The position numbers were made by a program, and so were the translations under genes. DNA of 64,000 bases. Source: Octopus sinensis. Lineage: Eukaryota. The stretch spans positions 5,456,001-5,520,000 of the forward strand of contig NC_043009.1 in NCBI RefSeq assembly GCF_006345805.1, given 5' to 3'. Position 1 is the first letter of the stretch; the number at the start of each line of letters is the position of its first letter. Of this stretch, positions 1 to 12,062 are shown in pieces. The notes beneath the pieces were generated by a model. The model saw only the letters and a program-made list of their open reading frames with translations. It searched no databases and was not told where the DNA came from.

Positions 1-1789
1 ACACATTTAATATTCCAAGTCATATAGCATATGCCATGTACAATGTACATCCATTAATATTCTGCCATGTACAATGTACATATATACACACACATATCTA
101 TAAACGCACACGTGTGAGCTACATGTATCAATTCGGCAGCACAAGTTCTTTTTCTCAAAGAGGTTTTAATGGAATGATACACTTCACTGAGAGACAAAGT
201 TTACAACTTCTGAAATCGTCATGGCTGCGATTCGCTTTTTATCAATGATATCTGACTCATAATTTTGTTAAAATTCTCCTCCTTTAAAGTTCATACATCT
301 TTAAATAATTCCTGATGTCTAAATGTATACATACACATGTAGTTCGATAAACTAAAGGGTGTTATAATTACTTGCTTGGTGCTTCTACTTGAAATCTATC
401 TCTTCCTATTCATTGTATCTTTTGAAACCGCTAGTACGATTTAGTGGGCACTATTTCCTTTGAAAATACTTCTGGAAAGCGGAAAAGCGGGTTGCCCCTT
501 TGTTTTGTGTTTACAACTCGCTAATTGGCAGAAACATTGTTATTTTCAGTGGTAAACACAGTACCAGATGGTCGCCTACTTCAAAATCTCACAAGGATGT
601 AATCAAACAAAATAATGCGCGTTAAAGCGTTACCGCTGTCTCAAAGTTTTAAAGATCTTATATACTGCATATTGGTAAGCTATGATTGATAGGGTAGAAA
701 AATCTTTGGCAACATTTGTTTCTGTATTGTTGCTATTACGAATATAACTGATGCTCCGTAAGTAATGACTATCTTAGTACTAGGAGCTAATTTAATGTTT
801 CGTTATTATAATGAGCTGCCTCATTACTCTTATTTCCTACCTCACGAGAAAGTGAATAGGTGCTAAAAATTGTTTTTTATTCTATTTATGACCGTTTTCT
901 ATGAAAGCAATTCTTAGCAGTTTATGAATCGAATTTTATTCCTAATGCATTAAAAATATTACCTATATCAGAATAGACGAATATTACTATTTAACAATAT
1001 TCATTTCGATCTTCAGTTCCCTTTGTAAGGGACCTTATTTCTTGGCAACTACGTTTGACTTACAAATATAGCAAAACAGCGAATACTTGCGACGTGCAGC
1101 GACAATACTAATATATGAAAGGTTATTAGATACATCACTTCTACATTTCTAGGAACATCAGTTGCTTTAAAGACGGTTGAACCCCTACTATATATATTTA
1201 CGAAGAAACTAATGTCTATATTACAGAAATTCATGAAACGTAGAGCTCTACGCCGCAAAGGATAAAAAGTGTCATGTTAACTGTTAGGAAAGAGATAATC
1301 TATTTGTTTATTCTAACTATTACACATATCACTACATATATTGCATTTGTATTTGGGAAATTAATTGTATGATCCACTTAACGATAACGAAACAGAAACA
1401 AGATCGTCATCCATTTTATAATATCAACAATAATGTTTACTTATAAATTAATAGAATGACATACATTTGGAATTATTTTGGTTTAGTAGATGTGTCTGGT
1501 ATTTTTGAGAGGGGAGAATGGTATGTGAGGATTTCGATATTACGTGTACATTATTTTTTTTTACTTAGCGCGTAAGTGACATTGTTTTTCACAAGTACAG
1601 GGGTAGTGAAAGTAATTATGAAAGGAAATCAACATAACTAAGTGAAACAAAGCTAGGTAAATTCCTTCCATTCGGCTTGTACGGTGTTTCTTTCTAAGTG
1701 TGTCATTGACAAGGTATTGGCCAAGCAAGGAGATCAATATATGCGAAATGGACTTAACCATTTAGGGTTTCTTAATCATAAGTCACACT

Positions 1790-1962
1790 CATACATGCAT
1801 ACATATATATGCATATATATAGATATATAGATAAATAGATAGATAGATAGATAGATAGATATATAGACAGATAGATAGGTATATATATATATATATATAT
1901 ATAGATATATAGATAAATAGATAGATAGATATATAGACAGATAGATAGGTATATATATATAT

Positions 1963-2020
<58 letters not shown>

Positions 2021-2021
2021 G

Positions 2022-2054
<33 letters not shown>

Positions 2055-2130
2055 AACGATAGAGGGAGAGAACCTGACAGATAGAGAGAGGGAGAGAACC
2101 TGATAGATAGAGAGAGGGAGAGATGGATGG
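1790..2130. repeat. Compound (ATAG)n/(TA)n microsatellite
   Basis: Directly visible tandem ATAG/AT units. Confidence 0.95.
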
Positions 2131-2134
2131 ATGG

Positions 2135-2440
2135 ATTTATAAGCAAGAAAGAGACGAAGAAAGGCGAAGGAACAACTAGCGGATGTATTAGTTTAACACT
2201 TGGAAAGAATGGAAAAGTCTCTGAGGTTTCGACCTTACGCTCCTCGACAGAAAGGAGTAAAAGGGAAAGAATGGAAAGAGAGTGAAAAGAAATGGAAAGA
2301 GAAAAGAATGTGTAGGGATTAACGGTTCAACATGATGTAATGGATATTGTTAATGTTTACTTTCCTATCGAGTGACCTTCCTTTCAGTCAACACAATAGA
2401 AACAAGCATGTAAAGCGTATGTTGGCGTCTGTGTGTATGT
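2135..2440 (-). mobile_element. Short non-coding element (family F3) with degenerate hammerhead-like motif at 2219-2254
   Basis: Reverse strand reads cttt-CTGTCGA-G-GAGC-GTAA-GGTC-GAAA-CCT-C-agag. Flanks are homologous to 36481-36660 (+). Confidence 0.55.
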
Positions 2441-2497
2441 ATGTATGTATGTATGGATGTATGTATCTATCTCTCTCTCTCTCTCTCTCTCTCTCCC

Positions 2498-2565
<68 letters not shown>

Positions 2566-2567
<2 letters not shown>

Positions 2568-3034
2568 GGAGTAAACACATAAATGTGAAACAAGGTGGAA
2601 AAAAGAGTACTCAAATACCAGTGGTAGAGTAATAAGCTTTATTTTAAGCAGCAGAAAATTCAACAAAATCTGTTACTCTGAGTTTCTCGTTGCCGTTCAT
2701 CAGACAGTTTTTGCTAGAATGGAACATATATATAAATTCAATCTATACTCTTACAAACGCTACACCTTTAAAAAGAAATGGACTTGTTTGATTGGCCCTT
2801 TAGAAAAAAACGGTCAATCTTCGAGCGATAAACAAAAAGGTCAAAAATATATGTATATATATATAAAAAAAACTTATAAAAATTATAAAATCCGAGGAAA
2901 AAACCGAGGAAAAAACCTATTGCCGTTAATGAAGACAGTACAAATTAATGCATAGAAGTTAAACCTGTTATAAATACTGCAATACATATTTATATTAAAA
3001 TCCACATATATATATCAACATACACAAAAGGATG
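2566..3034 (-). repeat. Inverted 5' pseudo-LTR (398 bp) plus 71-bp extension
   Basis: 2637-3034 is the reverse complement of 6168-6565; the ORF track shows an identical 78-aa ORF at 2719-2955 (+) and 6247-6483 (-). 2566-2636 is the reverse complement of the 5' UTR sequence ending at about 3283. Confidence 0.95.
2663..2714 (-). ncRNA. Minimal type I hammerhead ribozyme (antisense copy)
   Basis: Exact reverse complement of 3135-3186. Confidence 0.85.
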
Positions 3035-3284
3035 ACCGTTTTTTTCTAAAGGGCCAATCAAACAAGTCCATTTCTTTTTAAAGGTGTAGCGTTTGTAAGA
3101 GTATAGATTGAATTTATATATATGTTCCATTCTAGCAAAAACTGTCTGATGAACGGCAACGAGAAACTCAGAGTAACAGATTTTGTTGAATTTTCTGCTG
3201 CTTAAAATAAAGCATATTACTCTACCACTGGTATTTGAGTACTCTTTTTTCCACCTTGTTTCACATTTATGTGTTTACTCCGGT
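3033..3284 (+). repeat. Partial direct 5' pseudo-LTR and start of 5' UTR
   Basis: Matches 6386-6565 (TGACCGTTTTTTTCTAAAGGGCC...GCTTAAAATAAAG). Forms a ~252-bp inverted repeat with 2565-2816. Confidence 0.95.
3135..3186 (+). ncRNA. Minimal type I hammerhead ribozyme, predicted GUA cleavage after 3175
   Basis: Stem I gcaaaaACTGT/ACAGattttgt; core CTGATGA 3146-3152; stem II A-CG-GCAA-CG-A; GAAA 3163-3166; stem III ACTC-A-GAGT; H17 = A3175. Confidence 0.85.
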
Positions 3285-3350
3285 CTAACCCGCTCCTTGT
3301 AAAAGTTTGAGCGACTCTGCACAAGTAGGAAGAACAAACAGCTGAAAAAG

Positions 3351-5484
3351 ATGGAACTTTACCCGCTGGATTTTTCTCAGAAAAATATACCTATCCCTGC
3401 ACGGAAACAATATATCAAAGGTCTTATAGAGAAAACGGAAGAGTTTATTAGAAGACTGAGATGGAAAGCCTTCTTCTTTGATAATAAACAGAAAATAGAA
3501 GGTAACAAATATGGATTTAAATCTCCCAGAAACCCACCACCGATTCCGGAATTAGAAGCCTTCGAGAAAGACCTTTTCGAGCTTATTAGGAAAATTAAAT
3601 TCCGCAAATTTACCAACCAATTGCAAAAAAACATGAGAGAAAAAAATAAGGAGATTAACGACTCGAATAAGATCTTCGTTAATTCTGACAAGACAAGGAA
3701 CTTATATGCACTTGATAAGGACGTTTATAAACGCCTGATTTCGAATAGTGTCACGGACACATACAAAAAAGACAACACGAATATATACAAAGAGGTGAAC
3801 TTAGAAGCAAGAGGAATAGCTAACGATCTTAAGATTAGCGATAGGATTGAATACCTTTCACCACGACCAGCTTTTATTACTCTGAAAGACCATAAAGACA
3901 ATTTTAGTAGAAACCCCAAATGTAGATTGATAAATCCGGCTAAAACTGAGATAGGAATTATTAGCAAAAATATTTTAGACCGTATTTTAGTTAAGTTAGA
4001 TAGTGAAGTAGACTTGAGAATTTGGAAGAATAGTAAGTCAGTTATAGAGTGGTTTAAAGGTATTAGCTATAAGAATAATTGTAGTTTCACACAATTCGAC
4101 ATTATTGACTTTTACCCGTCGATATCTAGGACGTTGCTCCTAAGGGCATTGGAATTCGCCAAGCAGTATGTCAACATCGATAGCTCGGAAATTGAAATTA
4201 TTATGCATGCGAGGAAATCGCTTCTGTTTTTCGAGGATTCCACCTGGATTAAGAAGACTGAGGATTCTCTTTTCGATGTACCGATGGGGGCATACGACGG
4301 GGCTGAATTATGTATGCTCATAGGAGCCTTTATTCTCCATAATCTAAAAATAGAATTCCCATTTATAGATGCAGGTCTATATAGGGATGACGGCCTTATA
4401 GCCACGCATAATCTAAACGGCCATGAATTAGATAGACTTAGGAAGGACCTTATAGCTTTCTTTCAAAGGATGGGCTTACGGATTACGATAGATACTAACC
4501 TGAATAGTGTAGATTTTTTAGACGTAAATTTTAATGTAAGATCGGATAGATTTAAACCTTTCCGTAAGCCCAATGAAAAGCTATCGTATATTAGCAAAGA
4601 TTCGAACCATCCACCAGTTATCCTTAGCAACTTAGTCAGCAATGTAGGTAGAAGAATATCTTCAAATTTCTTCGCACGAGGCAGCATTCCATAATGTTGC
4701 ACCTTATTACGATAGCGCATTAAAGAATAGTGGATTCTCGGATAAGATCCAGTTCAACCAGCTTAATGCTAATAATAATGCTGCACGAAGAACTAGGACC
4801 AGGAAAGTTTTGTGGTTCAACCCGGCTTTCAATTTGGCCGTAAAGACTAATATAGGTAAGGAATTTTTGAGATTAGTCTCTAAGCATTTTAAGCAGGGTC
4901 ATAAATTCTACAGAATATTTAATAGAAGAACCTGAAGGTTAGCTATTCTTGTTGCAGAAATTTCGCCTCTTACATTAGCCAACATAATAGGAAGCTAATT
5001 GAGATTAGACATGGTGCCGAGCCCATTAAGAAATGTAATTCCAAAAACGAAAGCTCCTGCCGTTAGAAGGGAAATGTCTAGTGAAAGGAGTAGTTTATAG
5101 AGCCAAGGTGCAAGTGGAAGGCTCATCGGAATACAAGACATACACAGGGCTTCAGAAAATTCATTTAAAACAAGATTTTATTCTCATAAGAATTCTTTTA
5201 AATACCCAGAGAATAGGAAGAAAACCAGCCTAGCAAAATATGTCTGGGAACTAGAAGAAAAGGAAGCCCCACCTTTCAACGTGACATGGAGCATTCTGGA
5301 CAGGGCGGCACCATACAGGCATGGAGCTTACAAATATAATTTCAAGTGCAAGCTTTGCTTATTAGAGAAAATGCACATATTATTCAAAGACAATAATTCT
5401 TTGAATCAAAGAAGTGAGTTAATGAACTTATGTAGGCACGCGGCTAAATTTAAAATGTCGAATATAAATATACCATATGGATAG
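3351..5484 (+). pseudogene. Naiad PLE polyprotein (RT + GIY-YIG endonuclease), about 711 aa after repairing 4 frameshifts
   Basis: The 447-aa ORF continues across frame changes into VLWFNPAF..VKTNIGKEFL, KVSYSC, CN.K...CPLEGKCL, GVVYRAKV..KTYTGL, RFYSHKNSF and CKLCLLEK..LNQRSELMNLCRH, ending at TAG 5482-5484. The frame arithmetic (+1,-1,-1,-1) is consistent with the 5281-5484 ORF. Confidence 0.9.
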
Positions 5485-6167
5485 AGTATATATTTTGTAT
5501 TTTGATTTTTTGATTTTGATTTTGACTCTTGAGCGCTACGACGGACCTATAGCAAAGTCTTATTGTTTCTACATATATATTAGGAAAAACCTACAAACTT
5601 TGTTTTCATGTTATTATATTGCATAAGATTACCTTGATTATTTATATTACCTTGATTATTTATAAATGACCCAAAATAGGATGTTATATTTTATTTTATA
5701 TGTCTTTCGTATATATTTTTATTAATGCATCCATTTTTTAAAAGCAATGTTTTTTTAAAAAGCAATGTTGTCAAATTTAGAATGTTTATATAAGTTTGTG
5801 TATAGCAAAGCATATGTATTTGTAAGCATGCGTATCTGTGTATGTGTAAGTGAAAGTATGCTTGTGCTTAAGCACGCATACACACGACGGTATGTATATG
5901 TATCAATTCAAACTTGTGTATGTATACTGGCCTCTATAGATGCCAATAACATCGCTACAAGTTTCCCCCCCCACCCCTCTTTCGTTCCTTTTTCTCTCTT
6001 TCCCTTTCTTTCGTTCCCCCTCCTTGCTCAGTATATGAGAATTGCTACATAGATGAATTTTAGCTTGCGTGCGAGACGGTTTGCGTGGATATATGTACAC
6101 ATGCTTTTATGTGCATAATTTAGATTCATATTCATACGTCTCTATATGTATGTATGGCGTTTACGCG

Positions 6168-6565
6168 CATCCTTTTGTGTATGTTGATATATATATGTGG
6201 ATTTTAATATAAATATGTATTGCAGTATTTATAACAGGTTTAACTTCTATGCATTAATTTGTACTGTCTTCATTAACGGCAATAGGTTTTTTCCTCGGTT
6301 TTTTCCTCGGATTTTATAATTTTTATAAGTTTTTTTTATATATATATACATATATTTTTGACCTTTTTGTTTATCGCTCGAAGATTGACCGTTTTTTTCT
6401 AAAGGGCCAATCAAACAAGTCCATTTCTTTTTAAAGGTGTAGCGTTTGTAAGAGTATAGATTGAATTTATATATATGTTCCATTCTAGCAAAACCTGTCT
6501 GATGAACGGCAACGAGAAACTCAGAGTAACAGATTTTGTTGAATTTTCTGCTGCTTAAAATAAAG
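6168..6565 (+). repeat. 3' pseudo-LTR ending AATAAAG at the (TA)n junction
   Basis: Near-identical to the 5' copies; AATAAA at 6559-6564. Confidence 0.95.
6488..6539 (+). ncRNA. Minimal type I hammerhead ribozyme, predicted cleavage after 6528
   Basis: Same as 3135-3186 except one A>C change at the already unpaired stem I position. Confidence 0.85.
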
Positions 6566-6678
<113 letters not shown>

Positions 6679-6930
6679 CTTTATTTAAAAGCAGCAGAAA
6701 TGTAACAAAAGCTGTTACTCTGAGTAGAGTATCACGTTCCCGTCGTCGGACAGTTTCTGTTAAAATAGAACCGGAATAACAATTTGATCAAAAGTAGCTA
6801 AATGATACACCTTTAAAAATAGATTTGTTTCATTGGTCCTTTCAAATAACGTCATACGCGAGCGATAAATAAAATAAACAACATAATAAATGAGTTCAAT
6901 ATAAATTCTAAAAAACGAGGAAAAACCTTA
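6679..6930 (-). mobile_element. Diverged sister-family Naiad pseudo-LTR remnant with decayed HHR (6704-6761)
   Basis: Collinear similarity to 2637-2910 (ctttattt.aagcagcagaaa, tgttactctgagt, gatacacctttaaaaa, gagcgataaa, cgaggaaaaacct). HHR core reads CCGACGA...GATA. Confidence 0.8.
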
Positions 6931-7518
6931 AATCGAAGTGTTGATTAAAATACATATTGTCATTAATTATGTAGAAAATATAATTCGATTAATATAATTA
7001 ATACGTAAAAATTGAAATTAAAATATATTAAAATATTTCACAACAGTATATACTGATACGAAACCATCAATATACATGTATGCATCAACATACACAGATA
7101 GATGTGCACAGACCACATACATATAGAGACACATAAATGCAAAACGAAAATATACACACAAATACATGTACACATATGTATACGAAATCTTGCTCGCATG
7201 CAAAAATCACTTGGGGTATACATATAGACTAGAAGTAAAACGCAGAGAGGGGGAAGAAAATAAAAGGTAACGATATTATAAGCAACAAAAAGCTAAAGAC
7301 GAATATGAATATGAATATGAATTTAAATATATACATAATCATATATACATACGTAGACCTAACATTCACATATTTGTTTCTTTCGTGTTCAATGAAGGGG
7401 AAACCACTCGATAGAACAGTAGACGTTAAAGGTATTATCGTTCTGGTCACGGATGCACAGGCAAAATTCAAGACACTGATTCAACCATAATAATAATAAT
7501 GTTAATAACAATAATAAT

Positions 7519-8075
7519 GGAGGCACAATGTCCCAGTGGTTAGCACAGCGGATTCGCGGTCGTATGATCGTGGTTTCGATTACCAGACCATGCATTGTGA
7601 GTGTTTATTGAGTGAAAACACCTAAAGCTCTACGAGGCTCCGGCAGTTGGTGGTGGTGAACCCTGCTGTACTCTTTCACCACAACATTCTCTCACTCTTT
7701 TTTCCTGTTTCTGTTGTACCTGTATTTCACAGGGCCAGCCTTGTCACACTTTGTGTCACGCTGAATCTCGCCGAGAACTATGTCAAGGGTACACGTGTCT
7801 GTGGAGTACTCAGCCACTTGCACATTACTCAATGAGCTGCGACGTCACCGGTTCCAAGCTGTATCGGCCCCTTTGCCTTTCCCTTAGATAACACACTAGG
7901 GGCGTAGAGAGGGGAGGCCGGTATGCATGGGCGACTGCTGGTCTTCCATAAACATCCTTGCCCGGACTTGTGCCTGGAGGGGTAACTTTCTATGTGCAAT
8001 CACATTGTCATTCATGACTGAAGGGGGTCACGACGACAACAACAACAACAACAACAATAATAATAATAATTATAT
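7519..8075 (+). mobile_element. tRNA-derived SINE, head A + tail X, (AAC/AAT)n tail
   Basis: A-box-like TGTCCCAGTGG and B-box-like GTTTCGATACC; homologous to other copies in the window. Confidence 0.85.
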
Positions 8076-8435
8076 TAATAATATATGCATGATATGGGAG
8101 TGTCTGTGTGTATATATACATATATATGCATACACGTATACCTATACTTATACATAGATTCACGCGCGTATAGACACGTAACCAGGAAAAAAACATGCGG
8201 AGATACAGACACATATCTGTATATCATATTTCTGTATGCATATAAATTTGTATATGAATAACTGCGTTTTTACATATCAGTTTGTACATGTATACGATAC
8301 AAAAAATGCATTTATAATATTCCGTCATAGACGGTTTATAAATACGCAAGAAAATAAAAAGTGTTAAAATTTTCAACTTGACAGAATACATTTGTAAGAG
8401 TAAATTTAGTAGAATTTAGTCCAATTTCGCACATC

Positions 8436-8440
<5 letters not shown>

Positions 8441-8522
<82 letters not shown>
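8441..8522. repeat. (GA)n microsatellite
   Basis: Directly visible. Confidence 0.97.
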
Positions 8523-8525
<3 letters not shown>

Positions 8526-8808
8526 ACACACAAATTACTGCGACAAACGAAAAATATTATTAAAGATAACGAATGGAAGGAAATATAGCTTCTATCAAAA
8601 TTTATGTTAACAGTAGTTTTAGTGACGCCAGGAAAAAAAAAAAAGAAATGAAATGAAATATATACAAGGAAATACACTATATATCTGTTTAAAGATATAT
8701 GTAAATAAGCGATATTATACGTGTGTATGTTTGTACATGTAAATGCGCATATATATGCATATGTGTGCATATCTATACACACACACACGTATATGTATAT
8801 ATACATAT

Positions 8809-9096
8809 GGAGGCGCAATGGCCCAGTAGTTAGGGCAGATTCGCGGTCGTAGGATCGCGGTTTCGATTACCAGACCAAGCATTGTGAGTGTTTATTGAGC
8901 GAAAACACCTAAAGCTTCACGATCCTCCGGCAGGGGTGGTGGCGATCCCTGCTGTACTTTCTCTCACACTTTCTTCTGTTGACCTGCCCGCTTAGCCAGC
9001 GGGGTGGCGTCATTTGAAGGCTAAAACAATGCGAAGTGCATTGTGACAAGCGATATGTAGCAACATCTGATAGCCTGGTCGGTCACAGTGACAGTG

Positions 9097-9097
<1 letters not shown>
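8809..9097 (+). mobile_element. tRNA-derived SINE, head A + tail Y
   Basis: GGAGGCGCAATGGCCCAGTAGTTAGGGCAG...GTTTCGATTACC head, with a 3' part different from 7519. Confidence 0.85.
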
Positions 9098-9158
<61 letters not shown>

Positions 9159-9184
9159 ATATGTACATGGCCATATGTTTATAT

Positions 9185-9276
9185 ATACATATATAACGTG
9201 ATTTTCTTCCTCTGACTTCCTTTCTTTGAACTTATTCTACATTTCTGATGAAGAACTCCGCTCGAAACCGACAAAC
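9185..9276 (+). mobile_element. Truncated F2 element with degenerate HHR motif
   Basis: CTGATGA-A-GAAC-TCC-GCTC-GAAAC at 9245-9268; homologous to 39845-39881. Confidence 0.6.
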
Positions 9277-10700
9277 AATTACATGTGTGTTTGCCTGCGT
9301 AAGTGAGTGTGAGTGAATGAGTGTGTACGTGGCAACAATATCTAGTAATTGTCTTCACATAAAAAAAAAGGGTTTTACAGTATATTAAATACAATAACTA
9401 TGTGAAAATATGTTAACATAGAGTTTGGTGCATAAAACCAGAGCACGTCATAGCTATCACTAGTGGCAGACACTCAAGGCTACCTCTGCAGTTAGGACTA
9501 CCATGTCACGTGAGTCTTTGTCTTTGACAATAACGGATACCCCCCCACCCAAGAAAACACTGAAGGTTTTTTCTCTTGATAAATATCGCAGTATTTGTGC
9601 GTTGTAAAGCTAAAATTCGCAGAAATATGCGAAAGTGAAGATGGAAATTATTATTATTCCGCAACTCCACCACTGAGACGATTTTCATTTCAACTGATAC
9701 ACTTTCGTGCTTTGTAGCACTATAGCTCTATGCGTGAAGCATTATCAAAAATAATACACTTAGTGGTTGACATTAAGTAAGGAATATATAATTATATATG
9801 TGCTAGAGTGAGTGTGTGTGTGAGGGGTGTATGTATGAGCCTGCATATGCGTGAGTATATTTGTGTGGAAACTTCTTTTTCCAAAGTATCGATTCAACAC
9901 TAATCGGAATATTCTCAAGAAATGGGACCATACACTATTTGGCTAAAAATCATTGAAAACCCTGGCGTTTTCATTGAACTTAATAAATACGGAATCAGCT
10001 GTATTAGATCAGATATGTTTAATAACTGCCCACATTACGTGTAGTACTTTTCACAACATGAGATCATAACGCTACTTTCTGATAGAAATTTTACATATTT
10101 TAAATCTAAACCAATATTATAATTTGACGTTTACACGTTTATAATGCCATGCTTATTTCCATAATACCATAACACATATCTGTTCTTCAAAACATCAGAT
10201 ACATTGTAATTTGACGTGCCTTCTCTAACAGTGCTCAATAATAAATTACTGGTTATCCGTATTTCTTTCAAGAAATCCTTATTTTATTTCACTCATCCCT
10301 GTTATATATATGTATGTATTTTTCTCATAAAATTTTCTTTAGCTTGACTACAATGTCGCTAAACAGAAACAGGAAATACTTCTAGACCATAATGTAAAAG
10401 TATATAATGAGTGATGCACCCCACTATATTTTAAACAGAGATTGGTATATAAGCTCCTCGTATATGCAACTCACACGAAGCAGTTAATTTAGAAATAACA
10501 TTAGCTTATGGAGCTTGCAAGTACATTTATCATTAATAGATTTATATGTACATGTATGCACACACACACATACACACATAATATATATATATATATATAT
10601 AATATATATATATATATATACATATATTGATATGTTTGCATGCATATATACATATACATATACACATATATACATGTATATACATATGTATGTGTGTAGG

Positions 10701-10754
<54 letters not shown>

Positions 10755-10828
10755 TTGATATGTTTGCATGCATATATACATATACATATACACATATATA
10801 CATGTATATACATATGTATGTGTGTAGG

Positions 10829-10881
<53 letters not shown>

Positions 10882-12062
10882 TCTTAGATATACAAATAAG
10901 TATATGTGTGTGTCTGTCTCCGTTTATGTATGCACACTTATTGCTGTTTAGCACAACGTTTCGACAGTAATCAACTATGTAATACAAAACTTACTGTAGT
11001 GCTCATCACGGAGTAGAATATTATAACTTATTTCTTGCTTCTCGGTTCCTGGTGTCAATGCCTATTTTCGCATAAAACCATTTAACGCAAGCTTGTTGAA
11101 AAATACAAACAGATAGATGTTCATTCAGGTGATTTATAATGGAAGGCACACAGTCGAAAATACGGTGCACACATGCACACAAGCAGAAAAGAATTACCAT
11201 ACACACGCTAACAAGACATATAAACCGACGCATATAAACTCTCTCTATATGTGTGTGTGTGTGATTGTATGATGTATATATTATATAGTCATATACGATA
11301 TGTGTGCACCACTGTTACTGATGTATTCCTGTGTGCAAGTGCGTGTATATATATATATATGTATGAATATATACATATATATATATATATGATATACATT
11401 TATGAATGCTATTATATGTGTAGGTGAGTGTTATGTGCGTAAGTAGTGTCAATATATTTCAATGATTTTAAAATGAAACATATTTATCTAATTTTCCTTT
11501 ACTTGCCATAATTCATCTAAAGCTGCCGACATACCGATCCCGCTTTTAATGACGTACAAAATCAACTGATGTCCTGACTTCAAAGCCAGTTTCATAATTA
11601 ATATTCATTTGCTCTCTACACCGACTGTTTGATCGGTGTGCTCCACTATTACTATTCCGAATTATATATCATAAAAATATCACATATATCATACATTATA
11701 TATACCTAAACATAACTCTCACGCTTATATCCATATAACCACTTAGTGATACGTACCCGCCTTCGTATAAGGACCGTCATGGCAAACACACACACACTTT
11801 TATTTATAAGCATATGTGCCTGCATCCGAGCGTGTGTTGGTGTTTGTCTTTGTGTGTGTGTGAAGGGTGTGAGCGTGTGTGATTGTGTGTGCATTATTGT
11901 AGTGTCGAAAATTTCTCAAGCTCAATACACATACCTCAAGACAAACATATACATAGATATAAATATATAACTATATATACTTATACGTTTACACGTATGT
12001 ATATATGTATTTCTGAATCTATATATTCATATATGTTTATATATATATATATAGGCATGTAT

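Larger units (their letters stand above)
2566..6565 (+). mobile_element. Penelope-like retroelement, Naiad-type, near full length, inserted in (TA)n
   Basis: PLE-type RT ORF (KNIPIP..RRLRWKAFFF, FDIIDFYPSI, GVPMG-like DVPMG, YRDD) plus C-terminal GIY-YIG. Inverted and direct pseudo-LTRs carry HHRs. (TA)n lies on both sides. Confidence 0.93.

Noticed and set aside
2719-2955. 78-aa ORF present twice (also 6247-6483)
   Set aside because: The duplication simply reflects the pLTR copies. It is antisense to the element, low-complexity, and has no known motif.
3377-4720. Four antisense ORFs over the PLE RT
   Set aside because: These are shadow frames of a real coding strand, with no recognisable motifs.
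4933-5700. Selenocysteine recoding, as known for some Naiads (TGA at 4933-4935; SECIS in the 3' UTR)
   Set aside because: The TGA is out of frame once the conserved LKVSYSC motif is restored. No in-frame TGA falls at a Cys position, and I see no SECIS-like hairpin by eye.
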